DNA of 64,000 bases from Octopus vulgaris (GCA_951406725.2 OX597838.1:22134001-22198000); one strand, 5' to 3'; shown: positions 13,319-28,290, counted from the first letter of the stretch. Notes: generated by a model not told the origin, from the letters alone. Made by a program: numbers and translations.

Positions 13319-14244
13319 ATAGATGTATATGTGTAAATGTATAAATATGTATGTGTGTATAAGCATAGATGTTTGTACATCTATGTATAGCTAGGCTTAT
13401 ATATCTATTTTATACATTTATCTATTTTATATGTATCTATTTTATACATTTTTATACGTCTATATTTCCTTATAGACACATATGCCTTTGGTTTAAGTAT
13501 TTGTATGCAATTTTATGTATGCATTCGTCTACATTCATGAAATATAAATTGCCTTACTAGAAACAGATTAGAAAACCATTATAAATATTTAAAGACGCAT
13601 AGAAATCTTCCTAAAATACCGATTTTAAAACTTCGTGCTAGAAAGCTAATATCACCAACACCAAATTCATGTTCAATTTGTCCTATGCTGAATGGCTAAA
13701 TGTATTATATCCAAATGCTTTCTTGTGTACCTAAAATTATCGCAAAAACCAGCCTTATATACAAAGAATATTGTGATCTGAATGTGACACATCTGTTGAA
13801 ATTTTTACTTCTTGCCTTATTGTAACAAACTTCCCCTCACCATATAGGTTTTTATCAACCTGTACCCTACAGAAATATGACCCTTCTATTCCCACCCATC
13901 TTCATTTCCTAAGCAATTACATTCCTTTTCAATGAATACCACATCTGATCGTCATTCGCGTGACTCAGCCTATCAAAGGGATCTGCCAAAAGCAACCAAA
14001 GATTATCGCAGTCTGACGGATCTGAGAAAGCTGAAACTCCGATGTCACTGTCAAACGTTTCCTTGTAAAAGTTAATATTTACCTGTACCTATATCTATCT
14101 AACTACACACACACGCACATACACCTGCAAATGCACACACAAACACATGCACACACAAACACGTGCACACACACACTCACCACACATACACACATACACA
14201 GAAGCATGTGTGGAGGTGTGCATGTATGTATGTATCTACTTATC

Positions 14245-14515
14245 TGATTTTATTCCAAGAGTTCTTGCCAACAGAGAAGATGCCGGTTTCTAACCTAGAT
14301 CCAAGGCTCCTTCATTGGAATTTCAACATCATCAACGGGGTTTCTATGTATGTATGTATGTATGTATGTATGTATGTATGTATGTATGTATGTATGTATG
14401 TATGTATCTTCTCATTAAGTTTTATTTCAAGACGTCTTGCCAATAGAGAAAGGACCGGTTTCTAACCTAGATCCAAGGCTCCTTCATTGGAATTTCAACA
14501 TCAACAACAGGGTTT
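14245..14515 (+). repeat. Two tandem copies of family I separated by (TATG)n
   Basis: CCGGTTTCTAACCTAGATCCAAGGCTCCTTCATTGGAATTTCAACATCA occurs twice. Confidence 0.8.
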
Positions 14516-14519
14516 CTAT

Positions 14520-14755
14520 GTATGTGTGTGTCTTGGTGTTTCTGCTTGTCCCCCTCTAACGGTTGATAACTGGTGGTTGGTGTTTTACGTTCCTGTAACA
14601 TAGCGGTTCGGTAAATCGGACAGATAGAACACGTACCAAGTGTAAAATAAAAGAAAAAAATACTGGGATTGATTTGTTTGATTAAAATTCTTCAAGGCGG
14701 TGCCCCAGAATGGCCGTCTTCTAATGACTGAAGCACGTACAAGATACAAAAATCA
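14520..14755 (+). mobile_element. SINE family A variant, 3' half
   Basis: ..TAGCGGTTCGG..AAGGCGGTGCCCCAGAATGGCCG..AATGACTGAA. Confidence 0.75.
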
Positions 14756-15137
14756 AAGATAGTGAGTGCGATAGAGTGAGAGGGAGAGTATAAAGAAAAG
14801 AGAATGTTTAAGAGAGAGGGAGTGAAAAAAAAAGATGAGGAACCGTAAAATGGTGATAAATAAGGGAGGGAGGTAATATGAAACATAGATGTAAGAGCGT
14901 ACGAATGATAGTATGGAGCAGAGATGATGGGGAGAGATAGATAGATAGATAGAGAGAGAGAGAGGAGAGAGGCGACGTAGAGAGAGAGAGAGAAGAGAGA
15001 GAAGGTGACAATGGAAAGAGTGTGAATATACGATCTAAGGCGTATATATGTTGTAATAACAGCACTTACATAATAAATATAATGTAATATATAATACATG
15101 CATACATGTATAAATATGTATGCATATGTATATATAT

Positions 15138-15185
<48 letters not shown>

Positions 15186-15199
15186 GTATATATATATAT

Positions 15200-15252
<53 letters not shown>

Positions 15253-15296
15253 TATATATGTATGTATATATGTATATATATATATATATGTGTATG

Positions 15297-15334
<38 letters not shown>

Positions 15335-16874
15335 CATATATATATACATACATATATTTATATACATAAATATATATATATACATATATACATACACATG
15401 AGAAAGGAAGTGTTACGGAAGAGATCTGGGCTACATATGTTTCATATACATATATATATATATGTGTGTGCGTGTACATACATACATACATACATATACA
15501 CGTACATACATGCATATACACATGCATGAATACATACACACGCATGAACAGAAAGTCATAAACATCAAATATCTACCGCCATCTGTAGAGTGTCTTGTGT
15601 GAAATTTAAACACCCACGCTCATAATTAACCAAATACGTTCAGAACACCAAAGAGGTGGTGGTGGTGTTGGTGGTGATTATGACGGTGCTGTCTTAACAG
15701 TGTGGAGGTGATGGTAGTGATATTGATGCTGATGGTGTGGCTGGTGGTGCAGCTGGTGGTGGTGAAGCTGGTGGTGGTGGTGGTGGTGATGATTGTGATG
15801 GTTGTGATGGTTGCGTGGTGGTGATAACGGTGTGTTGTGGTGACAGTATAGAGGTGGCGGCGGCTGTGGTGATAGTGGTGTTGCTCTTTTCACAGTGGTT
15901 ACGGTGGTAGTAGCGGTGATGGCCACCACCACCACCATCACCACCACCACCATTATCACCATCACTACTACCACCATCACCACCATCATCACCGTCATCT
16001 AGTCTTAATTCATCATCATCATCACCACCACCACCATTATCCCCCCACCATCATCATCATCACTACCACCACCATCACCACCACCACCACCACCATCATC
16101 TAGTCTTAATTCATCTAATCCGAAAGAATGAACGGCAAACTCAATCCCCGGCAGAATTTGAACGCAGAACCTTAAAAAAGACGGACGAAATACCGCTGAG
16201 CATTTTGTCCGGCGCGAAAACGATCCTGCTTACCACCGCTTTGCTCTTGCTTTTAATACTGATTTCAAATTCTAGCACTAGGCCGGCAATTTCGGCCCGG
16301 GTTCCAACCCAAATGAAAAGACGTAGTGGCCACGGTTGGAAAGCTTTTGATCACAGTCCGGCTCAATCAAGAATGAACTGGATCCATACAACAACAATAT
16401 TGCGTAGCATTGTATTTCAATTCAAAGAAGCTTTTACTAATAACGAAGGTGAATGATTAGAATCCCGTGAGTAATTAGGGGATTGTGAGAATAGGGGGAG
16501 CGCCAGGTCAATGGACGGTTCGAACCAGTAGTTCAGAACCCCTTTTGTGCTCTTGAATTTACTCCCTTTGTCTTCTGTATTCAATTTCAGTAAAAGATTT
16601 CGAAACGCTTTATTTTTCAAAAGAATTCTTTCAAAAATCGATATCAATCATATCCGGCGGTCGATATTATCGATCTCGCTCAAACTCACTCCCAGCCGCA
16701 CCCGCCAAAAAACTATGTTGCTTGGTGTTTATGTAACAAAAGCATAAATCTGGCTGATGTTGTTGTTATTGTTGCTGTTGATTGTCGCGGTTGTTGTTGT
16801 TGTTGTTGTTGTTGTTGTCTGTGTAGTTATTGCTGTTGTTGTAATCCTTAATATTGTTGTTGTTGTTGTTGTTA

Positions 16875-17098
16875 AGGCGGTGAGCTGCCAGAATCGTTAG
16901 CACCGCAGGGCGAAATGCTTAGCGGCGTTTCGTCTGTCTTTACGTTCTGAGTTCAAATTACGCCGAGGTCGACTTTTGTTTTTTTATCCTTTCGGGGTCA
17001 ATAAATTAAGTACCAGTTGCGTACTGGAGTGGATCTAATCGACAGGCCCCTTTTCCCAAAAAATTTCGAGCCTTGTTCCTAGTGTAGAAAAGAATATT
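16875..17098 (+). mobile_element. SINE family B (B2 tail) inside a (TTG)n array
   Basis: Full head and core; AATATTGTTGTTG on both sides. Confidence 0.88.
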
Positions 17099-17169
17099 GT
17101 TGTTGTTGTTGTTTGTGTTGTCTCTGCTATAATTTTTCTTGTTCTTGTTGCTCTTGTAACGTTTCCTAC

Positions 17170-17210
17170 TGTCCATACTGTTATTATTGTTAATGTTGTT
17201 GTTGTTGTTG

Positions 17211-17275
<65 letters not shown>

Positions 17276-17318
17276 GTTGTTGTTGTTGTTGTTGTTATTA
17301 TTATTATTATCATTATCA

Positions 17319-17408
<90 letters not shown>

Positions 17409-17461
17409 TTATTAGTATTATCATCATCATCATCATCATCATCATTAATATTATTATTATT
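17170..17461. repeat. (TTA/TTG/TCA)n microsatellite
   Basis: Visible trinucleotide array. Confidence 0.95.
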
Positions 17462-17697
17462 AAGGCAAAGAAATGGTAGAATTGTTACCGCTTTTCGTCC
17501 CTCTAAATTCAATTTCCTCCGACGTAGAATTTGCCTTCCATCATTTCGGGGTTTATGAAGTACCAGTTGGACACTGGGGTCCATGTAATCCCTCTCCCCA
17601 AAATTTCAGGGTCTTGTGCCTACAGCGTGGATGTTCAAAGACCTTCCATCAATAACCATCCTGTCGTTTTTATACGCTAGATACATTATCCAGTGTA

Positions 17698-18028
17698 TGG
17701 GGAACGCCCTTACGTTAGTGGTTAGAATATTAGACTTGCCGTCATAAGGGCGTGAGTTCGATTCCCTCCGACGCGTTGTGTCCTTGAGCAAGACACTTTA
17801 TTTCACGTTGCTCCAATCCACTCGGCTGACAAAAATGAGTTGTACCTGTAATTAAAAGGGGCCAGCCTTGTCATATTCTCTGCGTCACGTTGAATCTCCC
17901 TGCGAACTACATTAAGGGTACATGTGTCTGTGGAGTGCTTAGCCCCTTGTAGGTTAATTCCCCCAAGCAAACTGTTCCCTTGATCGGATCAGCTGGAGCC
18001 CTCATCGTCTTAACCGACGGAGTACTGG
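17698..18028 (+). mobile_element. tRNA-derived SINE, head D plus tail C
   Basis: TTAGTGGTTAG..GAGTTCGATTCC, GTTGTGTCCTTGAGCAAGACAC..AAAAATGAGT, then the TGTACCTGTA..AACCGACGGAGT tail. Confidence 0.82.
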
Positions 18029-18279
18029 GGACCTTATATTCATGTCCAATCCGAGTGCTTCGAGATTTGAAGACGTTTTGTCTTATTTTCTGTTTTGACT
18101 TGTTTTGACTGCTATTTTTAGCAGATTGCACGAACCGCACCGGTTGTGACGTTGCCTGGCAATGCCATTGTTTTCGTTTGTTTGCTGCTTTGTTTGATTT
18201 TTATGGGTTTTTTTTTTTCATGTTATAGCTTTTGTTTTCGTTGGTTTTCATATGTTATCGTTGTCCTTGCTGCTGACAA

Positions 18280-18562
18280 TGGCGAAGATGACCATGACCG
18301 CGGCTACAACCACGACGACGACGACAATGATGATGATGATGATGATGATGACCACGACGACACTGATGGTGATGATGATGATACTGCTGTTAATGACGAC
18401 GACGATGATGATGATGGTGAGGATGATGATGATGATGATGATGATGACGACGACACTGGTGATGGCGATGAGGATACTGTTGTTGATGATGACGACGATG
18501 ATGATAATGATGATGATGAGGACAGTGATGATGTGGCGGTAGTCGTCGTGGTCGTGGTCGTG

Positions 18563-18597
<35 letters not shown>

Positions 18598-18684
18598 TGT
18601 AGTGGCAGCTGCGGCAGCAATCTTTGCGATTGTGGTGGTCGTGATCCAGGTGTTAGTAGCAATAGTAACAGTGACGTTTTGATG

Positions 18685-18742
<58 letters not shown>

Positions 18743-18752
18743 CAGCAGCAGC

Positions 18753-18800
<48 letters not shown>
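18280..18800. repeat. (GAT/GAC)n and (GTA)n microsatellites
   Basis: Visible arrays; source of the poly-D and poly-V ORFs. Confidence 0.95.
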
Positions 18801-18801
<1 letters not shown>

Positions 18802-19899
18802 TCAAACCACCTAAGGGCTGGCATTGTTATTGTTTCTAAACGCCTTAATTAATAGCTGAGAAGATCAAAGTTAATTAATGTGTGTCCATAGCAGCTCTGT
18901 GCCATGGTCTCTGAGCCAATTGATGCAGATTGCTGCCGATGTTGCTGTTGTTGTTGTTGTTGTTGTTGTCATTGCTGCTGGTTTTGTTTTGTGCTTTAGT
19001 GCTTTGATATGTTATTGCTGTTGCAGTTGTTGTTGCTGTTGTACTGGTATATGTTTGTGCACGTGCATGTGTATACATGTGCGTGAATTTGTGTTTATGT
19101 GAATGTATGTATAAATGTATGTATGTATGTGTCTATGTGTGTGTGTATGTCTATGTATGTATGTATGTATGTATGTATATATGTATGCATGTATATGTGT
19201 GTACGTATAAGTATTTGTATGTGTATGAATATATGTGTGCGTATATATATATATATATATATATGTGTATGTAAGTATGTGTATGTGTGTATGTGTATGT
19301 ACATATAGCGTGTATGTATGTGTTTGTGCCGTGTTTGTCTGTATAAGCGTATGTATATGTAGGAGTATTTACGTGTGTATGTTTGAATGTATGTATGTGT
19401 TTATATGTGTGTGTGAGCGTGTGTGTTTATTTAACGTATATTTAGAAGAACTAGTATGACCTTTTGGTTAAGATGTCAATTTTCCAACAATTGGTGCAGG
19501 TTTCAATCCAGTATCTTAGCGTGGCACCTTGGGCAAGTATCTTCTACCATAGCCTTAGTTGTCAAACATTTAAACCAAAATTTTCTCAAAACAACTTGTC
19601 CGACCGTCCCATAAGCCTCCCCTTTGAGAAACACTGATTTAACCAAAATTTGAGACACCAGCAAAAGAAGAAATAATGATAGACTTTTTTTCTATTCCAA
19701 AGAAAAACGATTTTATTCATACAAATATGCAACCGAAGAGTTTAAAGTACCAGTAATGATAAGGCTGTTGACTGGGAGAACACAAACATGGTTTAAACAG
19801 TAAGCTTGGCAGGAAAGAAATGTGCCTTTAAGCAGTACAAAAACAATAAAAAGGGAAGGTGCAGTTATGTACAGGTTGACGGAAGGAAAGCACGTTCCC

Positions 19900-20076
19900 A
19901 CGGCTTTATCGATCGCATTCTCACCTGGAATCGATTTTTGTAATTTTTTCAAGACTTATACACGCCCTGATACCGTCCGTATCTACATATCAAATTTGAG
20001 CGCAATCGGATGGAGGATGGCCGAGATCCTAGAATACACACAAACAGACGGACAGAACGAATTTTATATAATAGAT
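19900..20076 (-). mobile_element. Possible non-autonomous Helitron-like end
   Basis: CAAATTTGAGCGCAATCGG..ACAAACAGACGGACAGA..TTTTATATAATAGAT; the minus strand starts A|TCTATTATATAAAA. No clear CTAG hairpin end found. Confidence 0.35.
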
Positions 20077-20351
20077 ATGAACAATGGTAGAAAGAAATGA
20101 CTACACTTTACAAACACACACACGCACATATATGTACATATACGTGTACACATATATCTCTTTCACTATGTATATATGTACACACATACACGCACACGCA
20201 TACACACAAGCACACCGCGCACACAGACACAGATATACACTCACCACACAATACACACATATTCACATGTAGCACATGTCCTTATAGTAACATGGCAGAA
20301 TCCAACATCGGCTGGATCAACTATCACTCACCTTAGGCACATATGAAACGC

Positions 20352-20564
20352 AGTCGTTTTGGCGCTGCCGTTTTGGCGCTGCCGTTTTGGCGCTGCCGTT
20401 TTGGCGCTGCCGTTTTGGCGCTGCCGTTTTGGCGCTGCCGTTTTGGCGCTGCCGTCTTGGCGCTTCCGTTTTGGCGCTGCCGTTTTGGCGCTGCCGTTTT
20501 GGCGCTGCCGTTTTGGCGCTGCCGTTTTGGCGCTGCCGTTTTGGCGCCGCCGTATTGGCGTCGC
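20352..20564. repeat. 14-bp GC-rich minisatellite (TTTTGGCGCTGCCG) x14 plus one degenerate unit
   Basis: Units counted from 20357 at a 14-bp period. Confidence 0.97.
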
Positions 20565-20779
20565 TGATTCGACGGTGACCAATTTGACATCAGACGTTTT
20601 AATATTACCTTCTTTATTTCTCTCTCTCTCTCTCTCTCTCTCTATGCTTATGTATTTCAGCATCTATTTATATTTAAATGTATGTGTAATAACACTCTCT
20701 CGCCCTTTCTATTTCTCTGTGTATATTTTTACATCAGGGCGCTTGTTAGTGTGTTTGCCTACAGTGCCGAAACGTATTG

Positions 20780-22480
20780 ACCTCAAGACAAACTGAATTT
20801 CCAGTCCACTGAGCCAAATCGCCAGCGTCTAAACAGTGACTTATTTCCACCTCCTGCGATTATAACTTGGTTATTCGGTGCTCTAGAAATGTGACAACCT
20901 TGTAACAGAGGAGCAGCGTCAGCTGTGTATAATCATGAGCTATCTTTAATCAACCTGAATTATTTTGGCACCAAAGACAGTTAATTCTGCCTATTGCCAG
21001 GAGTCCTTTAAGGTAACACGCGGAACAGATATGATGCAGATAGACAGAAAGTGAGTTTGTTTTTCTTTTGATATGTTTTAAAAATCTACTAAATAAGGTA
21101 ACTGACCAACACGTGAAGGCTTCAGACCCAAAACCGGAAATAAGCACATGCAATGAAGAAGCATTATTAGCGGAAAAAATAATTTGAAATTCAAAACCGA
21201 ATTGAAAGAAATGCCATATAGGATTGCTTGAACGCATTAAATCATTTAATTACTCCAATTCTGCAGGTCTAAAGAGGTGCAAAATGTAAAAACATAAAAA
21301 GTTACTGTCAGGTTACCAAAGTAAAGAACATTCTGAAAATTTGTTTGTGACTGTACATTCAACGAAAAATCTATGAACAACATTATAAGGAATTCCTGAG
21401 TGAACAACAGATGCAGTGGGTGTCATTGGAAGAACAAATAAATGCCACCCGTTCCTTAAGTAACAGACCACGGTCTTGACGGGATTCTAGATGAGATCTG
21501 CTAACGTGAGAATGAATCACCATCAACAAGTCATCAGGCACTGTTTCTGCTCGACTGATCACGCGAAGTGGAGCACCAGTTAGCCGCAGAGATGCAACCA
21601 CTATTAACAACTTCGTGATGGAAGCAAATCAGATTGTGGCAACCACAGATGAATCGAGCTTTTTTTTTCTTTTTTTTTTTTCAACGCTTGTAAATATACT
21701 GACTTGTGGAGGCGCAATGGCACAGTGGTTAGGGCAGCGGACTCGCGGTCGTAGGATCGCGGTTTCGATTCCCAGACCGGGCGTTGTGAGTGTTTATTGA
21801 GCGAAAACACCTAAAAGCTCCACGAGGCTCCGGCAGGGATGGTGGTGATCCCTGCTGTACTCTTTCACCACAACTTTCTCTCACTCTTACTTCCTGTTTC
21901 TGTTGTACCTGTATTTCAAAGGGCCGGCCTTGTCACTCTCTGTGTCACGCTGAATATCCCCGAGAACTACGTTAAGGGTACACGTATCTGTGGAGTGCTC
22001 AGCCACTTACAAAATTAATTTCACGAGCAGGCTGTTCCGTTGATCGGATCAACCGGGTCCCTCATCGTCGTAACCGACGGAGTGCTTCCATCCATCCAAA
22101 TATACTGACTAGAATACTGCACAATCGATTCTTCTCATTATCGGAGACTCGCCTCCTTGAATTTCAGTTTGGTTTTCAGCCTTCCAGCTTTACTAATTGG
22201 CAGGATTTTCTGTGCGTGCCAAGTACAGGCGAATTGTTATGCAGGAAAACAAACCGTTGCATATGTCTTTTTCATTCTGACCAAGGCATTCAATTTCGTA
22301 AATAGCCAAGTTCTATGGAAGCTGCTCATGGAACTTATCAGCCAACAACAATCCATTGCCATAGCAGTTTCTGTAGGGTAATATGGAAGATAAAATATGG
22401 TACCGATTAACAGATTGATTTCATGTGAAACCAAGAGTAATGTGGGGCTGGGTAATTGGCACAACTCTCTTTTCCATCTT
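20780..22480 (+). mobile_element. Heavily decayed RTE-clade LINE (endonuclease end to RT), split by a SINE
   Basis: Ordered remnants GLDGILDEI, RDATTI, KSDCGNHR, ILTRILHNR, LTKAFNFVNSQVLWKLL, GWVIGTTLFSIF. Confidence 0.7.
21705..22097 (+). mobile_element. SINE family C (head C plus tail C), full length, 13-bp TSD
   Basis: tRNA-like head, (TCCA)n end, AAATATACTGACT at 21692-21704 and 22098-22110. Confidence 0.95.
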
Positions 22481-23300
22481 TATCTCTCTCTCCCTCCCTC
22501 CCTCTTTCTCTCTCTATGTCTGTCTGTCTGTCTCTCTCTCTCATTATGAACAACCAACAACCTGACAAGTAGATTTAATATCGCAAAAATGAGAAGATAT
22601 TCAATCAAGGCGGACTGTACGAGAACGAAGTGCATAATTACATTTCATCCATCCATCCATCAATTTCCTCTCCTGATCCTCAATATTGTTGAGAGGGTCG
22701 GGAAGTGGGTGGGGCCTCGAGCATCTCCCACATAGGGTCTTATCAGAAGAAGCGGTCATTATATTCCCATAACTTCATTCGTATATGCGCGTGTCACGCT
22801 CTCTCTCTGTCTACCAGTCTGTGTGTGTGTGTGTGTGTGCATGTCTCTCTCTCTCTCGCTTTATGTATATGTATGTATACATATAAGGGACGGGCCACCT
22901 TGGTGACAGGGTAGGCAGTGCCTACGTTGAATAATATAGATCAAAAGCAACATTTTCCTCTTATGGCAAAATATGCACCTAATTCAATAAAATTATGAAG
23001 GTTACTCTGATTATTATGCATAAAATACAAAATATCGTATCATTTATAGATTAGGTAGGCATAATTCGCCTCTGACTTTCAGTCTCAGTATTTAAGCTAC
23101 ACATAGAACTGCTGTAGTACACATGCTGCGTACACTCCTACAACACCGTTTTCTTTACGTGTTATAAAAGCAGAAGTAAATCTGCCTTCTCGGTTGCACG
23201 TTTGTATTTCGCTTATTTCTTGTGTGTTTTACTACATAAACTTCACCAACTGCCTACTCTGAGTAATTACTGACGGCACGTAGCTGATACATATGAACGC

Positions 23301-23349
<49 letters not shown>

Positions 23350-23476
23350 CTTGTATGTTTTAAGACATATTCACATCTGCATATGTAGGTCTTAAATCTG
23401 TAGTAACATACGCATTTATCTACATACATACACACACATATATACATACATGCTTAAATATACAGACGCACATATT

Positions 23477-23514
<38 letters not shown>

Positions 23515-23559
23515 AAGATAGATACATATACGCGTGTGTCTGCGTGTAGATATATATGT

Positions 23560-23917
23560 ATGTGTAAACACAGCAACATCGGTTCTCAAGTGATGGCGGG
23601 GGAACAAATACAGACATGCACACACACACATGCACACACACATGCACACACATGCACACATACACACACACACACATGCACACACACATGCACACACACG
23701 CACACACACGCACACACACACACACACTAACACACACTAACACACGCATATACGACGGGCTTTTTTCAGTTTCCGTCAACCAAATCCACTATTATGGCTT
23801 TGGTCGGCCCGAGGCTATAGTAGAAGACGCATGCCGAAGGTGCCACGGAGTGGGTCTGAACCCAGAACCGTGTGGTTGATAAGCAAGCGTCTTATCACAC
23901 AGTCACGCCTGCGCCTA
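23560..23917 (-). mobile_element. SINE family A with expanded internal microsatellite
   Basis: Head ends ..CCTGCGCC on the + strand; CA-rich middle. Confidence 0.85.
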
Positions 23918-24409
23918 TATGTGTGTGTGTGAGTGCCTGTGTGTGTGTGTGTGTGCGCGTGTGTGTGTGTGTTGCACTATAAGACGGTAAAAAGAATACG
24001 GAAAATACTAAAAAAATCATGGAGAGGCCGTAAACATGTCCATCCCTCATCAGCAATCGACCACAAATCATCGCGATTTCGACAATGCGTATGTGTATGT
24101 GTGTGTTCGTTGATTTGTGCGTGTGTGTGAATTAATCAATTAGGGAACACCTACGTTCAAAGTCGTCCTGCTTGAAATAGCAATCCAAGATACATACACA
24201 CGGCAAAAGAAAACAAGGATGGTTTGTCATGGCTGGAATGTACTTGATCATAGCCACGACCGATCGTCTCTTGCAACTGCTACACCATCTGCGATGCATT
24301 ACAGGAATCCATGTCGGTACATACTGCTGCACAGAGTACCTGCGTGTGTGCGTGTGTGTGTGTGTATATGTATATGTGTGGGTATCTGAGTGTGTGTGTG
24401 TATGTGTGT

Positions 24410-24855
24410 GTCTGTTTGTGTGTTTGTGTACGTGCTTTGCCGCTCTACGTTCCTAAGCCTCCGTGTGTGTTTGGGCATATGTGTGTGTGTATATGCCCGT
24501 GCCTCTGTGTGTATGTTCTTGTGTATGTCTGTATATATTTGCCTGTGTGTGTGTGTGTGTGTGTGTGTGTATCTGTGTGTTTGTGTGCGTGCTTTGCCGC
24601 TCTGCGTTTCTATGTCTCCGTGTATGTTTGGGAATCTATGTGTGTGTATATATGTTTGCCTCTGTGTGTGTGTGTGTGTGTGTGTGTACGTGTGTGCATC
24701 TGTGTGTATATCTCTGTCAATGCATATCTGTGTATGTGTTTGTGTGCGTTCTTTGCCACTCTTCGTTCCCATGCCTCTGTGTGTGTTTGGGTATCTGTGT
24801 ATATATGGCTGTGCCTCTGTGTGTATGTACTTATGCATGTCTGTATATGTTTGAC
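24410..24855. repeat. Higher-order tandem repeat, ~160-bp unit x3
   Basis: CTTTGCC(G/A)CTCT..GT(G/A)TGTTTGGG recurs near 24436, 24592 and 24751 within TG repeats. Confidence 0.75.
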
Positions 24856-24901
<46 letters not shown>

Positions 24902-25095
24902 TGTGTGTGTGCGTGCGTGTGTGTTTGTTTACGTGTTTTGTATATTATGTGTGTGAAGGGGTGAGATAAATAGACCCAGAAATTGATAGGTTGAACGAGC
25001 GAGAGAGAAAAAAATAAGCAAATGAGAGAGACACCCGAGGGATTGCTAATAGATAAAGAAAGTTAAGCATGGATGCATGGATGTAAGCGTGTGTA

Positions 25096-25170
<75 letters not shown>

Positions 25171-25395
25171 GTGTGTGTGGTTTCATAAAGGAAGGAGAAA
25201 GACAGACAGACAGATGGAAAGATGGACAGACACGCATATGGAGAAATACACTTAGCGTTAAATGTATTAAACAGGCGAAGATGACAGCAAGACGTAAGGG
25301 AAAACGTTGAGACTGTCGCAGTGGGAAGCTGGTTGGCAAATTGAGAGAACGGGATGGAGGTAAGTAGACGGGATAAGTGGGTGGATAGATGGATG

Positions 25396-25467
<72 letters not shown>

Positions 25468-25628
25468 TGTTTCTTTATTAGCTACACAGGGCTGCACACA
25501 GACAGGACAAAATTACAAGGTAGGGCTTTTCTTTTGGGGGTAAAAAAAGGGGTTGGTTTTCGATCAAAAGGGATCGTAAAGGGAAAGAAAGAGGACAAAA
25601 AAAGGGGGGAATGAAGTTAAAAAAAAAT
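25468..25628 (-). mobile_element. 3' UTR-only copy of Tx1-like LINE inside (GATA)n
   Basis: Matches 51124-51290; (GATA)n on both sides. Confidence 0.85.
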
Positions 25629-25649
25629 AGATAGATAGATAGATAGATT

Positions 25650-25786
<137 letters not shown>

Positions 25787-26076
25787 GAACGGCACATTCA
25801 TTCATAGACATATATACGTTCATACATAGATATAAAATTACAAACATACATACATACCATACATACAGAGGAGAGCGATGGGTATACGAATGGGGACTGC
25901 GAGATGAATACAAATAAATAGATAGGTGTAGCTCATATATACATACATATATACATACATACAAGCATACATACATACATACATACATACATACATGCTG
26001 AGAAGGGAGATGGATAGATGAATAGTCTTACGAATGGGTACAGAGAGATGGATACAAATAGATAGACAGACATAGT

Positions 26077-26137
<61 letters not shown>

Positions 26138-26158
26138 GTAGGTAGGTAGGTAGCTAGG

Positions 26159-26234
<76 letters not shown>

Positions 26235-26742
26235 CGGACATATGCATATCGTTGTATACGAAGCCATAACGCACAGGCAATATGTACGTACATACGTATC
26301 TACATACATACATACATACAAAACCCATTTTCTGAGAGACCGGCTTTTACTTGGATTCAAGGGGAACTTAATCTCCTTACACATACTTACCCCACATATA
26401 CGTACAGACACAAACACACACACACACACAAGCACACACAAATACACGCACATGGACACACACACACAAATAGATAGGGAAACCCATATTCATGCGTACA
26501 TTCAAATAGCCATACTTGTTACATATACACACAATTATCATTTATGTATATACATATAATTATATACATTCACAAACGCGTGCACGCACGCAGCGCACAC
26601 GCATATGTATGTGTACATACCTCCTTTTCAGTAGTGGATCTCGAAGTGGATAGAACTACATGAAATAGCATGTAAATATTTGGTTGAAAAAAAACCTATA
26701 GACAGAAAAATGTGCATATGTGTGTGTTCGTGTGCGTGCCTC

Positions 26743-26781
<39 letters not shown>

Positions 26782-26976
26782 ATCTTTTTTATTGAAACGG
26801 ACAGAACAAAAGAAACAGCGGCCAAGTATATGTGCCCGCATGTTTGCGTGTTCGCCTGTACTTGCATGTAATGATGGATATTGTGAGTATGTCACTAACA
26901 AAGAACGTAACAGAGGAAGGCCAAAATATTGAATGCGGCAAATCCCGTGGGCTGTTTTATATATATGTATATATAT

Positions 26977-27017
<41 letters not shown>

Positions 27018-27019
27018 CT

Positions 27020-27450
27020 CCTTTTCCCTTTTACTTGTTTCAGTCATTTGACTGCAGCCACGCTGGAGCACTGCCTTTAGTCGAGCAAATCGACCCCAGG
27101 ACTTATTCTTTGGAAGCCCAGTACTTATTCTATCGGTCTCTTTTGCCGAACCGCTAAGTTACGGGGACGTAAACACACCACCATCGGTTGTCAAACGATG
27201 TTGGGGTGGGGTAGGGGGACAAACACAGACACACAAACATATACGCACATACACACACATACACACACATACACATATATATATATATATATATATAGGA
27301 CGGGCTTCTTTCAGTTTCCGTCTACCAAATCCACTCACAAGGCTTTGGTCGGCCCGAGGCTATAGTAGAACGCACATGCCCAAGGTGCCACACAGTGGTA
27401 CTGAACCCGGAACCATGTGGTTGGTAAGCAAGCTATTTACCACAGAGCCT
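27020..27450 (-). mobile_element. SINE family A, near full length
   Basis: Reverse complement of the 12670 copy. Confidence 0.92.
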
Positions 27451-27772
27451 ATATGCAAATATATATATATATATATATAAACATATACATACATACACAC
27501 GCACACATAATTGTGTATATATGTGCATGTATGTGTGTGTGTGTGTACAGAAACGCGGTCGCATCCACAAAGCGATGAACTAGCAGAACGGTTGGCATGC
27601 CGGACAAATTGCTTTACGGCATTTCGTCCGTATTTATGTACTGAATTATAATCCTGCTCAGATCGATATGCCCCTATTTCCCTTTCGGAGTTTATTCATA
27701 AAATAAATATCAGCTGTTTACGATTTCCTCTTCCCTTCAACATTACTGGGTTTCTGCAGAAATAAGAAAGGA

Positions 27773-27829
<57 letters not shown>

Positions 27830-28112
27830 CATGTATATATACATACACACATATATACATACATACATTCAAACATACATACATACACACACATACATAC
27901 ATATATACATACATAAGTACGTATGTACATACATACATGGATAAAAATATGCGCTCATATGCAAATACGCATGCACACACACACACGAAGTAACACGCAC
28001 GGACACATAAACACATATGTATATATATATATATATATATATAAACATACATACATACATACATACACACACACATACAAATATTTGTATATATATTTAT
28101 ATATATGTATAT

Positions 28113-28290
28113 AGGGGGAGAATTCACAAAAAACAAAAGACGAAGACAGGTGGTGTAGACAACAAACAGATGTATTAGTATAACGCTCGGGAAGTGAAAA
28201 AGTCTTTAACGTTTCGCACCTATGCTCTCCCACAGAAAGGAACAAGGAGAGAAAATAAAGAATGTGTGGTGGTTGGCGATATGGTGGTTT
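28113..28290 (-). mobile_element. Family F repeat with degenerate hammerhead (28204-28239)
   Basis: Minus strand CTTTCTGTGGGAGAGCATAGGTGCGAAACGTTAAAG; abuts TA-rich repeat. Confidence 0.7.

Noticed and set aside
20328-20796. Repetitive ORFs (KTAAPKRQRQNGSA) and a CRISPR-like look
   Set aside because: Pure 14-bp tandem repeat with no spacers and no cas genes; eukaryotic context.
21705-21785. tRNA-like sequences (also at other SINE heads)
   Set aside because: They continue into SINE bodies with TSDs and lack a proper acceptor stem; not tRNA genes.
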